Under the pieces are notes generated by a model. That model was not told the origin of the DNA and did not search any database. It saw nothing but the letters and a program-made list of their open reading frames with translations. Shown here one piece after another: positions 12,379 through 21,701 of a stretch of DNA of 64,000 nucleotides; the first letter of the stretch is position 1, and each line of letters begins with the position of its first letter. Made by a program: the position numbers and the translations under genes. The stretch is from Callorhinchus milii. Its lineage: Eukaryota. The DNA is taken from NCBI RefSeq assembly GCF_018977255.1, contig NW_024704743.1, forward strand, positions 186,001 to 250,000. Direction: 5' to 3'.

Positions 12379-15300
12379 ACCAAGTGTTAAAAGATCTGAA
12401 TGGTAAAAGGTTAACACGTATTTCCAGGTTATAATATGATAATAACCCTCGCATTTGACACAGCGCCTCAGCACGTCTTCGAGACGTCTCCAAGCGCCTC
12501 ACCGGATATACTGTAAAGTGTAGTGACTGAGTGCTCTGTGGGCGAAACGCGGCAGCAGGTTGCGCACAGCAGCGGTTACTCACTTCCCTCCGATGACGTC
12601 CATGGTAAAGCGCAGGGCCTCCTGCACGTTGTCTGTCTGCCCCTGCAATCACACGAGGGTTAGTGACAAGATCCATTCGGGTGAAAGAAGACCCTTTGGC
12701 CCATCTGATCTCATCACCTCCAGGACACCCCCCCACACCCCCACTCCCGCCTCCCACCACCACAGCACCCGGCTGCTTTTTATACTAATCGTTGCATTTG
12801 ATACAGAGCCTTATCCCGCCTTTGAGGCGTCTCAAAGCGCTTCACTGTAAAGTAGTGACTGTGTGTTTTGTGGGCGAAACGCGGCAGCCGAATGTGCACT
12901 GCAGCGTCCCACAGTCGTGGATTGAGTGATCACATTATTATTATTATTTTTAAGATACTCTTAGCCCCAGAAAAGCGATCCTCTAATCGACTTACAACCA
13001 GGTTCCTACTTACTGCTAAACAGAGGTGTGTGGGGTAAGGAATTTTGTAAGGTTTCGTCCCGCCTGGGAATCGAACCCAGGTCCTCTCGCTTACGAGGCG
13101 AGCGCTCTAACCACTAAGCTACGAGGCCTGAGGAGAAGCTCCCTAGTCTTTTGCTGGGTCTATAACCGTCAGCGCGAAGGAAAGGCGGCTAAAGGAAAGT
13201 AGAGAATAAATGGTACCTTGGCATACTTGACAGCTTCGTTCAGTTTGTCCAGGGCGCTTTGAAAGTAAGCGAGCTGCAGCGAAGGAGCAGTGACCGTGGG
13301 ATTACGACAAAAAAACACAACTCGGGTTAGAGACAGAGCCAAGACTCGGAGAGAGACCGAGAGCAGAGATTCAAGCGACACTCTTGTAGAATTCCCTGCG
13401 CCCAACAACACGTTACATTTGCACAGCGCGTTTCCTGAACAGGGATTGCGATCAGGAAGGGTGGAAGAAGAAGGTCTTGAGATGCGCCTTGAAGGAGGCA
13501 AGGCGAAGGTCCTGTGGGATGGAGTGCCAAAGGGTGGGGCCGGAGACTGCTGAGCGGAGGGAGCGGACGGGTTGATATGGGGTTAGCGGGTCACAGAGGT
13601 AGGGAGGAGCGAGAGGCCGTGGAGAGCCATGAAGGCAACGATGAGTATTTTGAATTCTATCCCCTGGGGGAATGGGGAGCCAGTGAGAGCCGGGCAAGGG
13701 TGGGGGGGAGATAGGATCACGGAGCCTGGTGTAGTTCACAGTGGACGTCATCGGAGGGTAGTAGACACACAGTGCTTGGTGTAGTTCTCTCCTCTTTCCC
13801 CCATCCCAGTTAAAACTATTCCCCCCCCCCGTAAAACAATAAAATTAAGATTAAAATTCACTCACCCTTTCCCCATACTTCTGTTGTTCTTCCGCCTGCT
13901 TGCCCAAGTGTAGCTGTAACACACAGCAGAGTATCGAGAGAGGACTAACACAGCTTTCAGCGTAGACTAATAATAATCTTTACATTTAACATAGGAGCGT
14001 CAAAAGACACTGACATTTGTCGGTCAGGACGCCAGGAGAAACTTTCCTCTCTTTTCAAGTAGTCGGGCCTTCAGCCTCTCCGACCCCACCCTTTGGAATT
14101 CCATCCCACAGTCCCTGAGCCATCCCCAGTCCCTGAGCCGGGCTGACACATACACACACGCGCTGAGCCGGGGCTGACACATACACACATGCGCTGAGCC
14201 GGGGCTGACACATACACACACGCGATGAGCCAGGGCTAACACATACACACACGCAATGAGCCGGGGCTGACACATACACACGCGCGCTGAGCCGGGGCTG
14301 ACACATACACACACGCACTGAGCCGGGGCTGACACACGAAGGAGAGCCTGGAGTGAGAGCAGCCTAATTGGGATTCCCATCCCGGACACTCACATGTGCC
14401 ACAGCGGCATAGTAATAAATCTTCATCTGCACCAACTTCTTCCAGTCCTTCTGAAATTTCCCGATGAGCGAAGCAGTCTCGGAGTTTTCCAGGGCACGGC
14501 AGGCTTCCTTGTAATAATCCACGACCTGTCCCACAAGAGCAAATGGCTTTACTGGAACGCACTGCCTGAAAAGGCTGGTGTTGCTGGATTGGGTAGTAGC
14601 TTTCAAAAGGGAATTGGATAGGCACCGTGGAAAGGAAAATGTTTTGCAGAGCTGTGGGGTTAGTAAGAGCGGAAGAGTGGGAATAGTTGGATAGCCCTGT
14701 AAAAGAGCCGGCAGAGGCATGATGGGCCAAATGGCCTCTTTCTGTGCTGTAAGATTCTATGATTCTACAGCAAATTATCAGGACGCTAATGTCTCCAAGT
14801 GCTTCAATGTAATTATAGCCAAGTGTGGTAATCATTTGTGCAAACAGCCCAGCAGCAACACATTGTATTTATATAACGCCTTTCCCATCAGGAAGACACC
14901 CCAAGGTGCTGGACAGTCGAGGGTTTGCAGCCAAGCTGGGAGTTTAATTCGGGAGGGGCGGGCGGAGGAAGAGGACCTTGAAGGAGGACGGGAGGGGGTG
15001 AGGTAGAGAGGCTCTGGGATGGAGTTCCAGAGGGAAGGGGCAGGCAGGCGGATGCCCGACTGCTGATGGAGGAGCAGGCCGGAGGGTATCAATACTCTTT
15101 CCGGAGGGAATGTTCCCTCAAACAAAAAAATTGAGTCACTGAATCCAATGAGTGTTTGTGAGACATCGCTGTGTGCAATTGGTTGTCTCGTTTCACCCAT
15201 AAAATGTACAGTATTTTTTTTTTACAACATATGCTGTGAAGCGCTTTGAGACGTCTCAATGACATGACTGTATCGAATGCAATGATTATTATTATTTCTG

Positions 15301-18300
15301 ACAGGAGACAACAACAAATACAAATAACACTTTAGTAGCGCCTTTCATGTCGGGAGGATGGCCTAAGGCGCCTGGCTGCCATATGAATTGCCGCTCACTA
15401 ACCTGGGCACTAATCCTTGCCACCAGGAAGCTTTTCCTGTTGTCCAGCATAGACTTTTCCAGGAGACACTCTTGTGCTTGTCCCTAAAATAATCAGCGTG
15501 ATGAAGAATTTAATACAATAACAACTTGCATTTACACAGCACCCCTCATGCAAGGTAGCGTCCCAGAGCGCTTGATAATGGTGGAGCACGGCATCGAGCT
15601 GGGGAGAGGTAACCATAGGCACGGTCGAAGAGGGAGGGGAGAGAGGGAGGGTTGAGAGAGGTTTGGGAAAGAGAAAGACAGATGGGGAGAGAGCGAGAGA
15701 GGTGGGGGTGAGAGAAGGTTGCGTGGGAAAGGGGGAGAGATAAAGAGACGAGAGAGGGGAGTGACGTGGGGAGTGGTAGAAAGGGAGTTAATAGAGAGGT
15801 GGGGAGGGAGAGTAAGGGGGAGGAATGAAGAGCAGGGTTAGGAAGGAGGGAGAGAGAGAGAGAACGGGAGAGTGAGGTGGCGAAGGGGGGCTTGAGAGAG
15901 CAAAAGAGGGACGGGCATATACATTTGATATCCAAGCTGTTTCCACAACTAAATTTACAGGATACACTGTAAAGTGGTGACTGTATTGTGTGTCACCCAC
16001 AAAATACGCAGACAATCCACTTTACGACATATCCTGTGAAGCGCTTTGAGGCGTCTCGAAGACGTGATGAGGCGCTGTATCAAATGCAAAGATTATTTAT
16101 TATGGTTATTAATGACGAGACGGATGCAGTCTGGAGCCCGGTCTGTGTGTCTGTGGGAGCCATCGAGAGTGGGGGTCTCACCAGCATGAGGTTGATGTTG
16201 AGGTTTAGGATCTGATGGCTCATGTCCATGCTGTACGAGTGGCTGAAGTGATCTCGCAGGTAGGAGAAAGCTCCGGCTGAACACTGGAAGTGCGTGCAGG
16301 AAACCTTCATCCCCTGGGAAAACAACAACAACAACAACTTGTGTTTACACAGCAACCCAGAGCAGTTGACAGTGGCGGAGCATGAGCCCGAGCTGGGGGA
16401 GAGGGAGGTGACCGTGGGCACCGTCGAACAGGAAGGTCTTCAGGCGTGACCTGAAGATGGGGAAGGACAGGGGCAACACGGAGGGATAGGGGAAGAGTGT
16501 ACCAGAGTTTCGGGGCTTCAAACTTTGACCCCACAGCAAGAATCATTGTATTGGCACCCACCTCCTCTGTTACTCTGCTGTCCATTGCTCCGAGCATAGA
16601 GTGCAGGGCACCTGCGGGGAGCCAAACATCACCGATTCAGTAACAAAGGGATGAAAGAAAAAAAAGTCATTTGCCACCTGTCACGAGCTACTGATATCTG
16701 TAATTCAACAACAAATGACATTTACACAGCGCCTTTGACTTCGGGAGGACGTCCCAAGGCGCTGGACAGTCAGGGATTTAAACCCAAGCTGGGGTTTGGG
16801 ATCAGGAGGGGTGGAGGGCGGGGAGGGTTGGAGTAGGAGGGTGACCGAAGGCACGGTAGAAGAGGAAGGTCTTGAAGACGGGCCTTGAAGGAGGCGAGGA
16901 AGGGCGAGAGATGAAGGTACTGTGGGATGGAGTTCCAAAAGGTGGGGACAGCGACGCTGAAGGCTTGGCCGCCGATGGTGAGCCGGGCGGGGGACGTGGA
17001 GCAGGCCGGAGCCCGCTGAGCGGAGGGAGCGGACAGGTTGATATGGGGTTAACAGGTCACAGAGGTAGAGAGGAGCGAGAGGCCGTGGAAGGCCTTGAAG
17101 ACAAAGAATCCCCCGATTTTATTTGGGGGATTGGTGGCCAGGACACCAGGAGAGAGAGAAAAAAACTCCCTTTTCTTTTCAAATAGCGCCACGGGATGTT
17201 TATAGAAACGGGACCTCTGAAGGCAGTTACTGAGCTGAAAGTCCTGACATTGGGCTTGACACTGGGACTCTTTTCTCCCGTGGCTGTTTGTGGGGCACTG
17301 TCAGGTGCTCTGGGGCGCTACCCTGCACGAGGTGCACTACATCAATGTAAGTTGGGGCTATACACCCCTCTGCTGCTGCCACTTACCCAGATTATAAAGA
17401 ATACAAGCCTGCTCGTAGCAGATCTCATCCACCGTCACAGTCTTCCCCGAAAAGATCTCCGTCCTGTAATTACAGAAACCCCATCAACAGGCGGAGTGCA
17501 TAGCACTGTGTCCCATCCCAGCTCACCTACAGAACAGTCACTGCACTTAAAAGTATATCCTATGAAGCGTGACGTGAAAGGTGATTTATTAAACAAAAGG
17601 ATTATTACATTTAAATGAAGGCGATCTGATAATAATCCTTGAAATCGATCTCGCGCCTTATCACGTCGTTGAGACGTCTCAAAGCGCTTCACGGAATATA
17701 CTGTAAAGTGAATTGACTGTACATTTTGTGGGCGAAACGCAGCAGCCGACTGCGCACAGCAGCGTCCCCCACAAAACGGTCGCGGATTAAAGTGACCAAA
17801 TCATCACTATTTTTTGGAGGAAATATATCCCAAGAAAAGTGATCCGCCGATCGAATAACAACCAGTTTACTACTTACTGCTCGGTCAACAGAGGTGTGTG
17901 GAGTAAGGAAACTTGCCAAAGGCTTCGCCCCGCTCGGGAATCGAACCCGGATCCTCTACACTTGCGAGGCGAGAGCTCTAACCACTACGCTATGGGACGA
18001 TGCCCAACATCCTGAATAAACTAGATTCCTATTAAACCTGCCACGATTCCAACCTCTTCAAACCCCTCCAGTCTCTTCGTGTCCTTGGCCTCCGCTCTTA
18101 AACCTCTGACCCCCCGAGACCATCCTCTTCGACCCCTACCCCGCACCCCTGCTCGTCCCAAACTCCTGCTCGGGTTCAATTCCCTGGCTGTCCAGCGCCT
18201 TGGGACGTCCTCGAGAAGTGGAAGGCGCTGTGTAAATGCAATGTGTCGTTGTTACACTCACCAGGTGATCGGCACTGCTGCCTCTTGTCCTGACCCCATG

Positions 18301-21300
18301 GGGATCCGGCTCTGCAAATAGTGAAGCTGCCCAAAGTACTTCCTCAGCGTGCTGCATCCCTCAAAGTCTCTGGTCACGTTCACCGCGCTCTGCAACACAG
18401 CGGACACCGGATAACACATTATTTAACATCTTTGTTTATTTCGTTTTTAATTTTATCCCCTTTGCCGTCTCTCTCTCTCTCTCTCTCTCTCGCTCGTCAC
18501 TGCTCACCACTATGCTCCGGAACTCTGAATGACCTTCAGGCCAGTCCTTCTCCCCCACTAACCACACTGTTAGGTTTGAGGCTGTGGGTTCACCCCAGGA
18601 CATTACCTGCCGCAGCTGGTCAAGTTTCTTCAGCTCCTCATTGTAGTTGTCAGGGTTTTCCCCGTAATGTTTCAAGATGTACTGAAATAAGAGAGACGAC
18701 GTCAGTGATCTGTGGAATCATAGAAATATAGTAATATTTTGTAGGTGAGCCGGGATGACACGTCACTCCGAGGCAAAAAGCCTCAGCGTAAAGAGTTATC
18801 CAGCACATCAAGTTAGCCCTCTGCATAAATATATCACAATAATTATCCTCGCGTTTGGTATTGCGCCTTATCACATAGTTGAGAAGTCTTGAAGCGCTTC
18901 GCAACATATTGTAAAGTGAGTTGACTGTGAATTTTGTGGGCGAAACGCGGCAGCCAATTGCGCACAGCAGCGTCCCACAAACAGCCGTGGACTGAGTGAC
19001 CAAGTATATATATTTTCTGAAGAATTATTACACCAGGAAAGTGATCCGCCAAGCAACTAACAACCAGCTTCCTACTTACTGCTCGGTAAATAGAGGTATG
19101 TGGAGCAAGGAAATTTGACTAAAGGTTTCGCCCCACCTGGGAAGCGAACCAGGGATCTCTTGCTTGCGAGGCGAGCGCTCCAACCACGAGGCTACAGAAC
19201 CCCGAAACTGCCACTCACTCCCTGACCCTGTGCCCTCTTGTCCTGCTATCTCGGCGTGTCTGAGGATTTCTCTAGGTTTACTTTCTCAATCCAATTAATC
19301 TTCTTATACACTGCGATAAGCTCTCCACTGGGACATCTCAATTCAACTCACAGCTCATCCCTCTAACACCAGGAATCAGCCGCCTCCCTTGCATTGGCCT
19401 CAGCCTGGCTAAGTCGTTCGTTAGTGCTCTCGCCTCAGTCCCAGAAGATTGTGGTGATTATGCATAATCCTTGCATTTGGTACAGCGCCTTATCACATCG
19501 CTGAGATGTCTCAGAGCACTTCACGGAATGAGAACATAAGGATTCGCTGGCGAAAGAAGACCGAGGTTCACCTGCCGCCATCCTGGCAGTCGCTTGTCAT
19601 GTCGTGGCCCCACAGTACACACTGTATCCCTCCCCCCAGATATTATTTTCCAGCAGAAATCTGTCTCAGATGTTCTTGAAACAAACATTTTCTGCTTCCA
19701 CCATCTGTCTCCCCGGGGAGCCCGTTCCAGAAGTTTACTACTCGCTCGCTGAGGTAGTGTTTCCACAGATGTTCTGAATTTACCACCACCACCACCACGC
19801 ACTTATCCAGCGCTCTGCACACAGGGTCGCGTCTCGGAATGCTTAATCCCCCTCAGTCGCAGGCCGTGTCCTCTGGTTATACTGTTCGGTACAAGATATG
19901 ATGGGTCTAACATTATAATGGGTGGACTATGAATGAACTGTGTATTTTGTGGACAAAATGCGGCAGCCAATTACACACAGCGGTGTCCCACAAACATTGG
20001 GGGATTGAGTGACCAAATTATTATATTTTTTTATGGGATTATTACCCTTGGAAAAGCGACCTGCCAATCGACTAACGACCGGGTTCCTCCTTACTGCTGG
20101 GCGTTGGGAGTAAGGAAACTTGCCCGGAAATTGAACCGAGGTCCTCTCGCCTGCGAGGCGAGCGCACTAACCACTGAGCTACAGGACTCCGCATTATAAT
20201 CACTATCATAATATTGTAAGTTTATCAATAACTATGTTGTGGTGCGATTTAAACCTCAGCCCTATGACCCCCAGTGATGATGTGGAGCATCACTGTATCC
20301 TGGGGGTGGGGGCCTGGCTGTGGGGTGGGGGGTCAGGCTGTGGGGTGGGGGGGTCAGGCTGTGGGGTGGGGGGGTCAGGCTGTGGGGGAGGGGGGGGTCA
20401 GGCTGTGGGGGGGGGTCAGGCTGTGGGGTGGGGGGTCAGGCTGTGGGGTGGGGGGTCAGGCTGTGGGGGAGGGGGGGGTCAGGCTGTGGAGGGGGGGGTC
20501 AGGCTGTGGGGGAGGGGGGGGTCAGGCTGTGGGGGGGGGGGTCAGGCTGTGGGGGAGGGGGGGGTCAGGCTGTGGGGGGGGGTCAAGCTGTGGGGAGGGG
20601 GGGGTCAGGCTGTGGGGGGGGTCAGGCTGTGGGGGGGGGAGGTCAGGCTGTGGGGGAGGGGGGGGGGTCAGGCTGTGGGGGGGGGGAGGTCAGGCTGTGG
20701 GGGAGGGGGGTCAGGCCGTGGGGGGGGGGTCAGGCTGTGGGGGGGGGGTCAGGCTGTGGGGGAGGGGGGGTCAGGCCGTGGGGGGGTCAGGCTGTGGGGG
20801 GGGGTCAGGCTGTGGGGGAGGGGGGGTCAGGCCGTGGGGAGGGGGGGGTCAGGCTGTGGGGGGGGGGGGGTCAGGCTGTGGGGGGGGGTCAGGCTGTGGG
20901 GAGGGGGGGGGTCAGGCTGTGTGGGGGGGGGTCAGGCTGTGGGGGAGGGGGGTCAGGCTGTGGGGGGTGGGTCAGGCTGTGGAGGGGGGGGGTCAGGCTG
21001 TGGGGGTGGGTCAGGCTGTGGAGGGGGGGGGTCAGGCTGTGGGGGGGGTCAGGTTGTGGGGGAGGAGGGGGGTCAGGCTGTGGAGAGGGGGGGGTCAGGC
21101 TGTGGGGGGTCAGGCTGTGGGGGGTCAGGCTGTGGGGGAGGGGGGGGGTCAGGCTGTGGGGGGGGTCAGGCTGTGGGGAGGGGGGGGTCAGGCTGTGGGG
21201 AGGGGGGGTCAGGCTGTGGGGGGGGTCAGGCTGTGGGGGAGGGGGGGGTCAGGCTGTGGGGGGGGTCAGGCTGTGGAGGGGTCAGGCTGTGGGGGGGTGG

Positions 21301-21419
21301 AGGCGGGGCCTGAGGCCTACACCGGGCTCGGGTACCTGCCGCACCGCCGGTGCGAAGGGAAAATCCGCCGCTTCCTTCAGATCCAACCAAATCATCGGCA
21401 TCCGCGGCACCGCCTCCAT
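1..21419 (-). CDS. PTPN23: Tyrosine-protein phosphatase non-receptor type 23 (HD-PTP; Bro1, V/coiled-coil, proline-rich and inactive PTP domains); 25 exons, 3' end outside window
   Basis: Hand-spliced exons give one continuous frame of about 1620 codons starting [17 protein letters not shown]. It contains Bro1 ([13 protein letters not shown]), V-domain [23 protein letters not shown] and [11 protein letters not shown] motifs recognisable from vertebrate PTPN23. All junctions are GT-AG except one GC-AG. Confidence 0.98.
286..396 (-). CDS. PTPN23: PTPN23 exon 24
   Basis: [37 protein letters not shown]. Confidence 0.94.
806..1040. repeat. Degenerate GGGA/GAGT tetranucleotide array in PTPN23 intron 23
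   Basis: Directly visible. Confidence 0.9.
1051..1189 (-). CDS. PTPN23: PTPN23 exon 23
   Basis: [46 protein letters not shown]. Confidence 0.96.
1367..1471 (-). CDS. PTPN23: PTPN23 exon 22
   Basis: [35 protein letters not shown]. Confidence 0.96.
1933..2117 (-). CDS. PTPN23: PTPN23 exon 21
   Basis: [62 protein letters not shown]. Confidence 0.96.
2627..4712 (-). CDS. PTPN23: PTPN23 exon 20 (2086 bp; proline-rich region and start of PTP domain)
   Basis: [15 protein letters not shown] (PTAP at 4673-4684), long Pro/His/Gln-rich stretch, [34 protein letters not shown]...LVSEQEVEK. Confidence 0.96.
5386..5565 (-). CDS. PTPN23: PTPN23 exon 19
   Basis: [60 protein letters not shown]. Confidence 0.96.
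6068..6219 (-). CDS. PTPN23: PTPN23 exon 18
   Basis: [51 protein letters not shown]. Confidence 0.96.
6235..6690. repeat. CCCCAAAACACACAAACACA-type minisatellite (about 20-nt unit)
   Basis: About 20 tandem C4A4 plus (CA)n units. Confidence 0.95.
6903..7057 (-). CDS. PTPN23: PTPN23 exon 17
   Basis: [52 protein letters not shown]. Confidence 0.96.
7177..7385. repeat. Degenerate tandem repeat TATAAATGACTGAC separated by (CA)n
   Basis: Motif variants at about 7178, 7262, 7287, 7315 and 7368. Confidence 0.7.
7449..7745 (-). CDS. PTPN23: PTPN23 exon 16
   Basis: [19 protein letters not shown]...[41 protein letters not shown]. Confidence 0.96.
8078..8632 (+). mobile_element. Possible solo LTR or unclassified interspersed element in PTPN23 intron 15
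   Basis: Non-SINE/LINE sequence with CCTATAAAG (about 8107), AATAAA (8352) and a terminal GGTGACA; left end cut by a SINE. Confidence 0.25.
8737..8882 (-). CDS. PTPN23: PTPN23 exon 15
   Basis: [48 protein letters not shown]. Confidence 0.96.
8925..9195 (+). mobile_element. CR1 LINE 3' fragment (others at about 14545-14770, 30850-31140, 38870-39240, and 48100-48320 on the minus strand)
   Basis: GGTAACCAGAGGGCACAGATTTAAG...GGGCTGAATGGCCTCCTTCTG and ATTCTATG-type tail. Confidence 0.8.
9820..9885 (-). CDS. PTPN23: PTPN23 exon 14
   Basis: [22 protein letters not shown]. Confidence 0.95.
10506..10620 (-). CDS. PTPN23: PTPN23 exon 13
   Basis: [38 protein letters not shown]. Confidence 0.96.
11768..11847 (-). 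CDS. PTPN23: PTPN23 exon 12 (GC donor)
   Basis: [26 protein letters not shown]; phase requires donor AAAG|GCAAGG. Confidence 0.92.
12584..12642 (-). CDS. PTPN23: PTPN23 exon 11
   Basis: [20 protein letters not shown]. Confidence 0.95.
12790..13125 (-). mobile_element. Near full-length tRNA-derived Deu-type SINE (others on minus at 17635-17995, 18845-19200, 25330-25660, 42075-42350)
   Basis: Reverse complement has tRNA-like box A and box B head, body GCTGTGCGCAATTGGCTGCCGCGTTTC, L2-like tail and (TTA)n. Confidence 0.9.
13217..13273 (-). CDS. PTPN23: PTPN23 exon 10
   Basis: [19 protein letters not shown]. Confidence 0.95.
13866..13913 (-). CDS. PTPN23: PTPN23 exon 9
   Basis: [16 protein letters not shown]. 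Confidence 0.95.
14133..14337. repeat. 31-bp tandem repeat, 7 copies (CTGAGCCGGGGCTGACACATACACACACGCG)
   Basis: Unit starts at 14133, 14163, 14194, 14225, 14256, 14287 and 14318. Confidence 0.95.
14394..14525 (-). CDS. PTPN23: PTPN23 exon 8
   Basis: [44 protein letters not shown]. Confidence 0.96.
15403..15483 (-). CDS. PTPN23: PTPN23 exon 7
   Basis: [27 protein letters not shown]. Confidence 0.96.
16182..16313 (-). CDS. PTPN23: PTPN23 exon 6
   Basis: [44 protein letters not shown]. Confidence 0.96.
16562..16611 (-). CDS. PTPN23: PTPN23 exon 5
   Basis: [17 protein letters not shown]. Confidence 0.95.
17387..17463 (-). CDS. PTPN23: PTPN23 exon 4
   Basis: [25 protein letters not shown]. 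Confidence 0.96.
18262..18389 (-). CDS. PTPN23: PTPN23 exon 3
   Basis: [43 protein letters not shown]. Confidence 0.96.
18607..18681 (-). CDS. PTPN23: PTPN23 exon 2
   Basis: [29 protein letters not shown] flanks. Confidence 0.96.
20325..21298. repeat. G-rich minisatellite, about 50 copies of G(n)TCAGGCTGTG(n)
   Basis: Invariant TCAGGCTGT core separated by variable G runs. Confidence 0.97.
21336..21419 (-). CDS. PTPN23: PTPN23 exon 1
   Basis: [30 protein letters not shown] donor at 21335. Confidence 0.96.
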
Positions 21420-21701
21420 CTTCACCCGCGGCCGCCGCGGCACTGCGCAGGAGCGGGAGTGACGTCACCCGCCGGAAGTCACTGCGGCGCCCACGCACGC
21501 ACGCACGCCGCCGAGAGTCGCATCAGCTGCCGGAAGTCACATCACCTACCGGAAGTCGGCGGCACCACTGGGAAAACGGCAGCCTCACCGCCGGAAGTGA
21601 CGAGCCCCGCCCGCCCGCCTGCCATGAGCAAGAGGAACGGGAGGAAGTGACGTGCTCAGGCGCTCGTCGACGCGGACACGGTGCAGTCTGGGAAATGTAA
21701 C
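21420..21701. promoter_or_regulatory. CpG-island housekeeping promoter of PTPN23
   Basis: CpG-dense. CRE TGACGTCA at 21460-21467; ETS CCGGAAGT at 21472, 21530, 21549 and 21591; GGAAGTGACGT at 21643; ZNF143/SBS-like TGCAGTCTGGGAAATGTAAC at 21682-21701. Confidence 0.8.

Noticed and set aside
14133..14337. CRISPR-like array
   Set aside because: The spacers are near-identical CA tracts, there are no cas genes, and the context is a eukaryotic intron.
20234..21650. Long Gly-rich ORFs (359, 458 and 380 aa) resembling loricrin or keratin-associated proteins
   Set aside because: All three plus frames are open only because the G-rich minisatellite lacks stop codons; it lies in PTPN23 intron 1.
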